Positions 10,497 to 21,545 of a DNA stretch of 64,000 nucleotides are shown in pieces. Source of the DNA: Takakia lepidozioides (lineage: Eukaryota > Plantae > Bryophyta). The DNA lies in assembly GCA_030704615.1 (NCBI GenBank), contig CM060732.1, positions 66,216,001-66,280,000 of the forward strand, in the 5' to 3' direction. How positions within the stretch are numbered: the first letter of the stretch is position 1; each line of letters begins with the position of its first letter. A model generated the notes under the pieces. That model saw only the letters and a list, made by a program, of their open reading frames with translations, had not been told where the DNA came from and did no database searches. The position numbers were made by a program, and so were the translations under genes.

Positions 10497-13400
10497 AAGA
10501 CATTCTACACCACCAGATTGCGTCCCGAGATTGATTGGAGATATTTGTGGCGCATTCGTATGCCGAAAGTCCTCAAATTTCAAACTGAGCATACCGCAAT
10601 TTTTGAGCTTAACCCAGAGGTGACAGATTGGGGCATCGTGCCTGTCGGTACACCTCCTGATCACAAGCTGTCTTTTCATTACAGAAGTCTTGGAGTAATA
10701 ACAGACTTAAAATACGCAGAAGCTCTCGATATAGAGCTTGAATCTGAAGAGGAAAACCTGATGTTGGTTTTGTTCCTGCATGAGGATGCGAGAACCCCCA
10801 GGATGTTTGGTTTCAAAGTGGAGGTGGGTCGTGTGAACAAGTCGTTGATGAGTGAATGCATTGCACTGGGTTTTAGATTTCCAGACGAGGGCTCAGTATT
10901 TACTGACGTAGGTTTGTCGAGGGCCTGGAGTATTTTTCTGGAGCTTCTGCACGCAATGGGGAACGACATTCGCAAGAAGCGAGCACTACAAGAAGCATCA
11001 AAGCTGAAGAAGGGAAAACGCGAGTCGTCGACAGCCGGCAATGATGACATTGAGGCCGGGACTTCCGCAAGAAAGAAGAAACAGAAAGAGGATCAGGATC
11101 CAGCATTGATGTCAGATAATAAGAGACCTAAAGCTGGGGAGATTTTCGACAAGGAAAAATGCGAGAAGATGGAGGAAAGGCTCACGAAGGAATACAATGA
11201 CGTATTTCCATTCGGTTTCGAGAGTACCTTCCTTGTGAAGGTTTCCATGATGGAACTAGCTCCAAGGAGCATGGTTTACAGGCCGTTAAATAAGGACGAA
11301 GTGAAAGCGCGACTCTTCCAGCTTCATTTGTTCAACTCCAAACATCTGGTGTATCTTGCGCCAATCAACCTTCCAATCCCGAGAAGATTGCTTCAGTGCG
11401 ACCGAAGCAATGGAAGAAAATGGACATATCCAAGTTCTTCGTCATTGGTGGACAACACACCATCGTGGCAGCAAAGGTAATGGACTTCATTCCCCCCCAG
11501 ACCTCTCTTTTAAAGAACCTCCATTGGGCAGTGGAGGTTGGTGTTGAACAACAAAATTGGATATGGCCCTACATTTTCAACTCTCTCATCCATTTTACAT
11601 TAACTGTAGCAGGAACTTCTCGAGGATCTTGCCCACAGCGAACTGAAGGAGTACTACCGGGAGTGGCTTGCGAAGATTGTATGGTCTACCGATGAACAAA
11701 GGCTCCTGAAGTTGTCAAAGCTCCTCAACGATCCCAATAAGGCGCAAAAGTTTGATACAACAATGCCGGAGAAAGTTGCGCATGCGCGAATATTATTCAA
11801 CTTGAGGGGGAAGCCAAAGAAATACAACGATCACACCACCAAGTCCGAGACGAAACAATGGAAGGTATGCATTTATGGAATGAAAATCTCACATTCATTT
11901 ATGCTAAAGAATACTTCTGTTGTCGGAGTGGCACATAAATTTTTCCGTTGATGAATGTGCAGGAGTTCATGTTTGTCTGTCATTTGATATTTGAAATGGG
12001 TAGCATTAAGGAGGCAATGGTCTTGGTACTTTGCGACGACGACGTTTGGAAGATCTGGGAAGATGTTTTCAAAAACTGGGAGCAGGGAAAGCTACTCGAC
12101 CTGCTTAGGATACAGTACAAAGGGTGAACAACAATAGCTCACGAAATCTGCTATGGCAAAGCTGCAAGGGTTGAACAGATGGCAGCTGATAAAAGTTGCG
12201 CAGAAAATCCTGGACCTGAAATTGACTATTCGAGATTACAAAGGACAAAACAAATCAATTCAAGGCATGAACAAGTCCATAGACGACATGAAAATGCGCC
12301 GGTTTATTGTCGACGATGTTATGGAAGTGTTGGGGTGGCCTCGGAGGAGCAAACAGTGCACGGAACCGTACACTAAGGACGAGTGGCGTGAAGTGAAGAA
12401 AAAGTACCACTTCAATAAGGCATAGTTCTCAACATTTAAAAATAAACTGGGGACGGATTACATCCAAAGCAAGATCAAGATGAACATGGAGACAAAACCA
12501 CTCACGGCCGCTTTTGTTAAGTACGGTCTCCTCCATCAAGAAAGCTTATGAGGATAGAGAGGATGCCATGGCGATTATTTCAGCAAGTTTCAAGTCTCAT
12601 TACGCTCTCTGGGGGGGGGGGGGGGAACAAATTTCACCGATGCCAAGTCCCGTCTGCGACTCGCACCGAAGAAAAGGTAGCAATGGTGTTCGTCAATACA
12701 ATTTCTGAAGATGACTCTGTGGTATTTGAGTCCAAAGATTATGTGAACATACTGGAGGCTTTTGTGGCTCAGAAAATGAACACGAGTGATTTTGTTTTCT
12801 TCTCGACGCAACCGTCCTCGGCCAATCTCGTCTCCTACATCCAAAATGGTCCCGGAAGAACATCGTATCTTGTCCGGCAGGGATTTTATGTTCCGGGGGA
12901 GTATGAAAATGTTTACAAAAACAGCACGAAGACTTTCTTTCGACTGTACTGTGCCTGGACTATGTTTTTCCAACTACACCTGAGGAGATGCAGAATCCGG
13001 ACGAGCACATCGCCACCGTACTCTTAATCGAGCCAATACAGCCGATTCTAGAAGGGCCTTCTGAGAAGCCATTAGCTTTTGAAGAAGAGTGCAGGACTTA
13101 TATTCATGAGCTACGAGTTGACACATACGACTATTTGGCTTCCATGTTTTGTCGAGACGGGATGTCCGTTGTCAACATCTTCGGAGGTGTGATGTTGACG
13201 TACGCCCTTCATATAAGTATAAAACCTTTTTGCATTTTAAATACGATTTTTACATTTTTGATCGAACACATCTTCTGTTTTACTGATTGGGTTTATCTGC
13301 AGGCAAGAAACATTCGAGTGCTTGACATCAACCACTTAACCAAAAAAAAAAATTGCAAAACAAAATTTGAAGCGAATTTTAAGAAGCTTCAAATTGAGAA

Positions 13401-14050
13401 TGACAATGTTGCTGAAGAGGTTGACGGCGGAGACGATGATGAGGATGAAGAGGAGGAAGATGAAGACTTGGAAGAAGGAGGCGGATATTCCGAATACGGA
13501 GAGGAGGACGAGGGCATCGATGGTAACGAAGACAACGAGGGCCACAATGGAGACAATGCAGACCGTTGGGAGGCTGGACACCTAGATGTGATTCAGGACT
13601 TCAAAACTCAGTCACTGGATGGACTTGATAACATCACGCAAGACGTTGCGGTCCACAAGGTTGTGATTCTGGATGGGGATTCCTTGAGTTCAAGCGAGAG
13701 AACTAAGAGTAATCCTGCTTCACCCTCAAGGGGTGCGGAGGCTAGCTCAATCGAGGTGGGCGGCAATATTGTTGAGAGTGCAAAAGACTGCTTTAAACCT
13801 GTAGAAAGGGACGAGCCGGCGCCTATGTCACCGTCTCCCGCAAAAGAGAGGGTAGAGAGAGCGAGGACAAAGAGCCCGTGTCCCACAAAAGACAGCGGAC
13901 ACATAGCGAGGACTAAGAGCCCGTCTCCCGCAAAACGGGACAGTGGTGACAGAGCCAGGACTAAAAGCTCGTCTCCCGGAAAAAACAGCGGAGGCAGAGG
14001 CCGATCTCAAAGCCCAACTTACTCTCAAAGTGTCTCCCAGCATGTCAATT
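10497..14050 (+). pseudogene. Multi-exon cargo gene: ParB/Sulfiredoxin-like domain, helical region, degenerate amino-MTase-like fold, acidic and SP-rich tail
   Basis: YRPLNKDEV (11277) and FFVIGGQHTIVAAK (11435-11476). GT-AG introns at ~11477-11612 and ~11863-11962. ELRVDTYDYLASMFCRDGMSVVNIFGG…ARNIRVLD at 13107-13326. D/E-rich tract at 13430-13540 and RTKSPSP repeats at 13830-13980. Several frameshifts and stops. Confidence 0.6.
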
Positions 14051-14639
14051 TGGATGTAGGTATTTATGGTGTCTTTAAGTATATAAATGGAACAAATTGT
14101 GTGTATTGCATCTGGTTGTGTTCTGGTTGTGTTTTTGCCAATATCTAATTTGTATCTTGATATTTCCCACCTTCTTCAATTTAACATGTGACTGACGGTT
14201 ACGAAAACTCGTATAGATCCATGAACGGAAATTGGAGGAAATCACACAGACCCGGACAAAATCCATCGCGACTCAAACAGTGAGGAGGCAGGTGGCCTTA
14301 ACAATAAGGGTCACCTGATCCGGTCATACAAGCAACCTCCACTGCCCAGTCGACATTGCGAGATGGAGGAAATGAGTCGGAGATTGTCATTGCTCAGCGC
14401 GAAGGAAAAGAGAGCGAGTAGCCATAGCAGCAAATTCGGAATCCCTCCCCGAAACGGGTATACACTTCATAACCATCTTAACTATGTTCTTTTTTTTCCT
14501 TCTTCTAGTTTTCAAAATAAATTAATTGTTCAGTTATTCCATAGGATAATATGATTCACCCTCCAATCGACTATCACAAATCTATGAACCCACAGGATGG
14601 GTATCGCCTCTCTGAGGGACCGAAAGGATGTCGACTAGG

Positions 14640-15278
14640 ATACCACGTCCTGGTTCTTGACATCGGTTACCTTGGCGAGGTTTAGCTCCGAGATGGCCCG
14701 AGATCCCCTCCCGCAACCCATCCTTGTGTGTGCGTTGGAAAATTCAAGCTTGCAGTCCAAAATGGGTTGGACGACTTCCTGAAATGGATCCTTAAGCATT
14801 TTAAGGTCTACTTTTGGAACACTGGACCGTTAGAAAATGTCCTGGATATAGGGTTGGCTTTGTTTGGAAGAAGGTTTTACAAGGTCAGGGAATTCAGCAA
14901 TGAGAAAAGCATAGACAGACTTTCAGTGACGAATGGCCCAAATATCCGAGAGCGCCAATATATCTTAAACGTCTCTACGACCTTTTCACTGTAGACGACA
15001 CTGTAGCGTACAAATCAAACACACTTCTTATCGACACTGTAGAAAATATGTATAAGTCCTACTTGAACCCAAAGTCGATCGTTATCTTCCTTCCAAAATA
15101 TAAAGCGCTCGTCGACCCATACAAGGACAAGTTTCTTCTGGATGAACTCAAACTGCACCTGGAAGAGTTGCGGTTATCCAGAAAAGACGCTGATATATTC
15201 AACGTGGAAAAACCCATAGGATGTCGACCGTATAATGACCCAAAGGTCAAATGCCTCTTGCTATGGGATTTGCAGTGA
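14640..15278 (+). pseudogene. FCP1/NIF-like HAD domain, copy 1 (degenerate)
   Basis: HVLVLDIGYL…GLDDFLKWILKHFKVYFWN…(frameshift)…NTLLIDT…YKSYLNP, in the same motif order as copy 2. Confidence 0.6.
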
Positions 15279-15432
15279 CAGGTTTATCTTAGAAAACAAA
15301 AATTTCTTGACGCTTCCTTGGAACAGATTGAAACGTAGATGACTACTCTAGATTTTCCTAAACCTCGACTGTCCAGTGGACGTTGCTCCCAATATCAATC
15401 TTGTTCTTGGTTTATCTTAATTACTACCTAAG

Positions 15433-16159
15433 TGCAACACCAGTTTCTCCAGTTGCGAAAGGATTGCGCTTGATAATTTTTGACCTGAATGGAGTTTTGT
15501 GCAAAGTCTTGAAACACCAGAAGAGCTACAATGTCCCCCGAATGTCCGAGACAGACTACAGGATACCAGCTCTTGTTGGATTTCGACTTGTCTATAGGCG
15601 GGAAAAATATCGTGAGATGTGGACAGAGTTGAACGAACATTTCCATCTAGGTATATGGAGCTGCATGATGTACAAGAACTTGCAGCCTGTCCTGGACTTT
15701 ATGCTTCGGGGTCTTCCTCAGCCGGCATTCGTTATGTCTCAAGAAGATTGTATCTCATGTCCTTTTGTCCACCCTCAATTTATATCAGGATACGACCCAC
15801 CGAGTCTGTTCTTGAAGCCATTGATGACGGTCTGGCAAAGATTTGGTGGTCAGTACAATAGGAGTAACACTCTACTCATTGACGATTCTACTACTAAGTG
15901 TGTGTTGAACCCGCCTGAATCCTGTCTGATTCTAAAATCATTTGAATCCGTTGATACGGACTTTTGCTATCTCCAAAAGGTTCTCCAGAAATATTTGCTT
16001 GAAATGAAGAAATCTTGCACCGTTTCCAGTTATCTCAGGGAAAAGAGGATAGGACTTAAGCCTTGTCAGAATGTTTCCACCGATCCCAAGTTTAAGCCTC
16101 TCTTGGATTATGTTGATGATTCTAATTACGGGAATCTCCGATATGATGCTTCAAAATAA
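15433..16159 (+). CDS. FCP1/NIF (CTD-phosphatase-like) HAD domain, copy 2
   Basis: LIIFDLNGVL…HFHLGIWS…SQEDC…FLKPLxxVW…YNRSNTLLIDDSTTKCVLNP, typical of plant NIF-domain proteins. The frame is open to the stop at 16159. Confidence 0.85.
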
Positions 16160-18956
16160 AGATTTTATTGATGAACCACGTCTGTGATTCAATGTATATT
16201 TTTGATTGGTTTTTCAATAGGTTGTATTGTTTTTCTATAAAAACTGTTGTCTACTGTGATTTCCATTTCAATGTGAATTGACATGGAATTGTTTGCTATC
16301 TCCTAGTCTCATCCATGCGTTTCTCCACCCTATACCATCCCGATCCTCTGGGATACACGCCTTCTCCGAAACTCGTCTCGGGGGCTTTTTCAAATCTGAC
16401 AACCTCCACTGTGCAGTGGAGATTATCCTATGTCTGTACATTGACCATGTAAGTTCGTTTCTGCAGGTTCAAGGAGATGCTGCTGATGCCAACTTCTTGT
16501 CGGGACCTCCATTGGAATCCTCCATATCATAAATTCATTGATAGAGGGACAACATTCACACTACTGTTGTGATTTATGTCAACGACGGTGAAGAATCATC
16601 TAGGCACTTGGCTTCATTTCATTTGCACGACCATCCTCTTCAGTCCATTCTTGAAAAGGATGTTCCGTCGTAGGATTGTTTAGGATGGAAGTCGAAAGTG
16701 GAAGCCAACCGGACAAATCTGTAGGGGATTTCGTGGACCTCAATCTACGGTCCTCATCACCCTCCCTTTTAAGTGTCAAGGGTTTGAAATGTACCTCGAG
16801 AATGTCAGCCATTAAGGATGCGGCTGAGGCTGCAGCTCCGCGTCACACTATTGCCTCTCTTCCCTCCTTCTCTCCCCAGCACGAAGGTTGGACATCCCAA
16901 ATCAGAAGGAGTCAGGTAAAATTACTTCTATCTGAATTCTAACTCGTCATTTTGTTTTCCTTAGTGTTGGGTCTGATGTTCTTGTTTTACTCCAGGCCAG
17001 AAAATCTGCGGATTGTGACTTTCCTGTCAAACGATGTCTTCATTGGAAATCTGTTCCGAGGTAATCCCTTCGTTATGTATGAATTCCATTCAGGATGTGG
17101 AGTGCTCAAGGGACAATGTCCATTCCGTTCCCCTTCTCCGCAACCCTTTCGACGAGGACAAGGATGAAACTTCAATTGCAACTTCTCGACTTCCCGACCC
17201 TGCAGTGTTGGCGCAATGTTCTGCACCGAGGAAGCGAAATAGGGCCCCCAAACCATTTCCATCTCTTCTACAAATCGGTTCCACCGGAGAGAAGTCCTTC
17301 GTCAGAGACAAAGCAGACTTGAGGAAGAAAATGAATACCTCGGACATACCGGGGTCTCGTCAAAACACGTCCATTGGGATGCCAAGCCTGCCAGCGAGAC
17401 TTTCCAATAAGGTGACATCGGTATTATTCGATATCATTTCTCCATTTTTTTCTCTTTTCTGTTCGTTTGGTTATGCACTAATTAACTCCATCTTTTCTCA
17501 ACAGGTGGGGATGCAGCACGATACCTTCATCAATTTCCCTCCGTACAAGGTACTTTGTTGAACCTCCACTTGGCAGTCGACGTTCCTCTTTTTAGCAATA
17601 TTAACCCTCATCTTGAAACATTCCAAGCCCACAACATTGTGCAGCATTTTGCCATTTTTTGAACAATCGTGTTGATCTTCCATACACTCAATCATTCTGG
17701 GTCATGGGTATTTTCATGGCAGAAACACTAATGTTAGTGTGTGATTAACCTGCTCAGGATAATTTTGTCTCTCATCCTTTACATGCAACAGCGGGGAAGA
17801 GGAAATGGATGTTGTTAATTTTGAGTGTCAACCGACTCCTCTACTACCGGCCACCCCCAACCGGCCGTGAACTATATATATCGGAGATGGCTGGAGCTTC
17901 AACAGTCGTTGATTACATTAGTGAGAACCGGGCAAAGTGTTCTCGTAAGCCTATTGGTCGAGACCATGCCTACTAGGCCTGGTATGGAAGATATCTTGAT
18001 CCTCGTGTTTGGATCCCACAACAAAAGGAACCTGATTACCTTGGTAGGCACGTGGATCCCATTGTTCTGTTATTTGTTCATAATTTGATTTTCCAATTCT
18101 TTTGTATTTGCATTTGCACTCTTACCTCAACAAATCTATATGCAAAACTTCCACTTTGGGCCTAACATTTGTCATTTCAATCGCTTGTCCCCAGTTACAT
18201 TTAAGGAACAAATTCTAAAAGATGAACAAGAGCTGCGTGATTGGGAAGAATGGCGGGCGTGCCGGGAGGCTTCAAGGGCATCAAGTAGAGTTGGCAGTAA
18301 CATTTCAGATGATAATGTCAGCCGGTTTCACCTTCCTGAAAGTATCTCCGTGTCCTCTGGTGCGGAGACCATTGCAAGTGGCTGTGGTAACCGGAGGTGT
18401 CTTCGGACACATGCCTTGACTGCGAGCCATTTGGGATGAGGCTCAGTATTATTAATGAGTTAGTATAAGCCGTTACGGTTCTATGGCTTCAGAATCTATG
18501 GCTTGTATGGAATTAAGTCCATGAACGGATGGACAATTGACGTTCATTTTTTTGGTGGTCCATTGTCTTGAATGATACAATCTCAAATAAAATATGAATG
18601 TTTCATATCATCAATCAGGTCCCGACAGACTCGTTTTTCCATATTGTCCTCTTCATCACATGCCATCATTGTTTCATATTTGGTTCTGCCATTGTTCCAT
18701 GTTTGTTTGTGTACGTCATTTTGGATACCGGAGCTCTCATCATTGTTTGATTCATTGCATCCTCATGAACGTCAACTTGGTAGTGGATGTTCCTCTAAGA
18801 CCACAATACATACTTGTATTTCTACGTAGAATGTGTAGAGGATTATATAATTTGTTGTTATATAGTGCACAGATAGCCAAATAATTATAGATATGTCTCT
18901 TTATTTCTATTATAGATTATATTTATTCATATATCTAATATTATTTCTGGACTAAA

Positions 18957-18986
18957 CAAAAGTCTAGAATTAGTTAAAATACTGTT
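18957..18986 (-). repeat. Right terminal inverted repeat
   Basis: Inverse of 637-666, followed by TSD AGCG. Confidence 0.85.
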
Positions 18987-20159
18987 AGCGACGTCATTTT
19001 GTCAATGACAAAACTATGTTAGTAGAAGTTAATCTTAAGATGACAGACTTGGCTGACAGCAAATCAATGCAATATCATGCCAAGTTATAAGCTCCAATGG
19101 GCTCAGAGCTTGGCACGTCCCTATGTTCCTCCTGCTATGCAATGCAAAACTGATGACTTTACTCTTCAGGGATTGGCTAATACAGTAGGAAGTCTTAGTG
19201 AATCTGTGGCTACTCAGTTTGCTGCCATGCAGGCTCATCAACAGAGGTGGCAGCCTTGACATGGCCAAGGACAAACAGGTGGTAACAATAGAGGTCGTAC
19301 CCAGTATGGGCAAGCCTATGAGGGTAATCGTGCTGCATGTTATATATGTGGGTCCTTTGAACACTGGACAAAGCATTGTCCAGACAGAGCAGGACTGCCA
19401 GAGCTGATCAAGAACAAGAAGGCTGCTAGTGGTTCTTCCCCTTCTTTAAACTAGAGAGACCTCTTGGGAAGGGGGCAAGAGGTCCACTATCTACCCACCC
19501 TACTTCTCTTGTTCCAATTCAAGCTGTTTTATCTATTAACTTAAAAACCTCGCATTGTCCTCTCAGCAGACATACTGCTGACCAGCAAATTAGTCCCCTC
19601 ATGGCCCAGTGCCATATCCACGAGCTCAGTTTTCCTTGTGTGGTTGATACATGATGTACTATATCTGCTATACCTTTGAGTATTGTAAGAGTTCTTGGTC
19701 TTAAGCTATGCCCTACCTCAGGTATTGAGGTATTGATTGCCGATGGGTCCATGTATGAGCCCCTAGGATTAGTCACTATACCCATCAGGATTCACAAGAA
19801 AGAGGTTGTCGTGACCTGCATAATTACCATTGGAGATCAAATCCTGCTAGGCCTTGACTGGATGACTGGAGCTGGTGCCACCATCAGCTTAGCAGACTAC
19901 TCTCTTCGCTTTAACAATGGTGAAGGGCATGAAGTAGTGGTTCCCTTGAAAGTAGTGAAGATCAAAGCTGGGTCTGCCACAACCAATCTATCTAGAGTCC
20001 AGGCCCTGGTCAAAGAGGTACAACAGAACTCTCACTCCAACCTCAATTGAAATGATTTATACAAGTTCCAGCCTGATCTTCAACTCTTATATCAATGGCA
20101 TATTCCTAGTGCTGGTGGTAAGACAGGGGTGCCCATAGTTATTCCAAAGAATTCTATTA

Positions 20160-21545
20160 TGATCCGTGCACCTCTCAACATCACCATCCCTGCCATGACC
20201 CAGAAAGTGGTTAAATTTGGCCTGGCCTTAATGTCCAGCTGCTCATTTCCTGGAACACTACAGGAAAAGGGGGGGGGGGGTTTAACGCCGCAGCCACGCC
20301 GCGACGTCGTAAAACAACTCTTTTTGGGGAGGGGGAGAAGAACCAAATTTGTGACGCCCCGACGTCGCAAATAGGCGAAACCGCGATTTGCGACGCTCAG
20401 GCGTCGAAAAAAAAAAAAAAAAAAAAAAAAAAAACCCTACTCTGCAATGCAGAATTAGCAACGTCTGGGGGTCGCAAAGTGCGACACCCGGACGTCACAA
20501 TTTAAGGGGGGTACATTTGAATTTAGGCGGGAAAATTTGAATTTCAAAAACTTGTTGACCATTGACTCCGGTTCTGTCTAATGGCGATATGTTCATTGTT
20601 CTACATATATATATATCATGCAATGCATACTTGAACCTAGGACATCCACGTTATAACATTTCTAAGACACTACAAACTAACCAACACACTTACGCTACAT
20701 CTATGTATCACAAAAACAATCTAAATATATATATATATATAAACTTATTTCAAGTTCCTTCAAGTTCCTTCTAAGGGGGTCTCTCTTGTGACGCCGGGGA
20801 GTTGCAACCTCCACAGCCTTAGTGCCTCGCCCCAGCCCCAACATCGTCACCGTTGTTGCACCTCCCCACCGCCAGACACCCCAAGCGACGTCCTTGTGAT
20901 GACCTAAGCTGATCACAACACCATTGCGACCCCCTGTGGCGACTCCTTGCATTGGCGTCGCAACATTGGGCGCCCCCAGTGACGCTTTTGTGAAGTTGAG
21001 GGCCGCAAAGCCGAAAAATAAATAAATAAATAAATAATTCCCGCTGTGGTGATGCTGTTGCGACGCCCTGGCGTCACAGAGGCGCTGGGGCACCCTTAGT
21101 GACGCTTTTGCGGCGCCGAGACGTCGCAACGTCCAATTTATTATTATTTATTATTATTTTGGATTTCCGACGCCGGGCGTCGCAAGAAAAAAAATCTGTA
21201 GCAGCGAGGGCCCTCTTTCCCCCTTCATGCCACCTTACGACGGCTGGGGTGTCGTAATGATGTCGCAGTGGAGGATCGGCGTCGCAAAAAAACGCCGCGA
21301 GCTCGGCGCCGCGCGGGGCGTGGGGGCGCGGCTAACGTCGCAACCCCCCCCCCCCCCCACTTGCTGTAGTGGAAGTTGAAGGATGGAGGAGACTGACTGC
21401 TCTTAAACATTGCCTGGTGGCCACTGGTGTTATAGATAGAGGATATAGGCAGGAAGTCAAGATTTTAATTGCTAATCCAGAACGCTTCCCTGTGACTATT
21501 AAGAAGGGGCATGTTCTGGCTCGCATCACCGCTCTACAGACATGC
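20160..21545 (+). pseudogene. dUTPase-like domain within the Gypsy pol, split by a CACTA MITE
   Basis: After removing 20256-21374: IRAPLNITIPAMTQKVVKFGLAL-(fs)-PAAHFLEVEGWRRLTALKHCLVATGVIDRGYRQEVKILIANPERFPVTIKKGHVLARI. This matches dUTPase motif 3 (GVIDxDYRGE) and motif 4 (GxRIAQ). Confidence 0.7.
20256..21371. mobile_element. Non-autonomous CACTA (EnSpm) element, 1116 bp
   Basis: Starts CACTACAGGAAAAGGGG and ends CCCCACTTGCTGTAGTG. 3-bp TSD GAA at 20253-20255 and 21372-21374. Many GCGACG/CGTCGC subterminal repeats. Confidence 0.92.

Larger units (their letters stand above)
3273..17585. repeat. Dispersed 24-bp palindrome family AACSTCSACTG-NN-CAGTSGASGTT (~12 copies)
   Basis: Copies at 3274-3297, 5766-5789, 6034-6057 (perfect), 6159-6182 (right arm only), 8843-8866 (perfect), 9045-9068, 10390-10413 (perfect), 11516-11539, 14334-14357, 15361-15384, 16401-16424 and 17561-17584. 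Weak remnants at ~1864 and ~18524. The spacer is always 2 bp. Confidence 0.92.
637..18986. mobile_element. 18.35-kb cut-and-paste DNA transposon, Sola-like, with multi-gene cargo
   Basis: TIRs 637-666 (AACCCTATTTTAACTAATTCTGGACTTTTG) and 18957-18986 (reverse complement AACAGTATTTTAACTAATTCTAGACTTTTG) match at 27/30. Exact 4-bp TSD AGCG at 633-636 and 18987-18990. The empty site restores the gag frame. A DDD-type transposase remnant lies inside. Confidence 0.85.

Noticed and set aside
3273-17585. Palindromes as CRISPR repeats or bacterial REP/terminator elements
   Set aside because: Spacing is irregular and kilobase-scale, the 2-nt loop is too tight for a terminator, there is no U-tract, and the context is eukaryotic and intronic.
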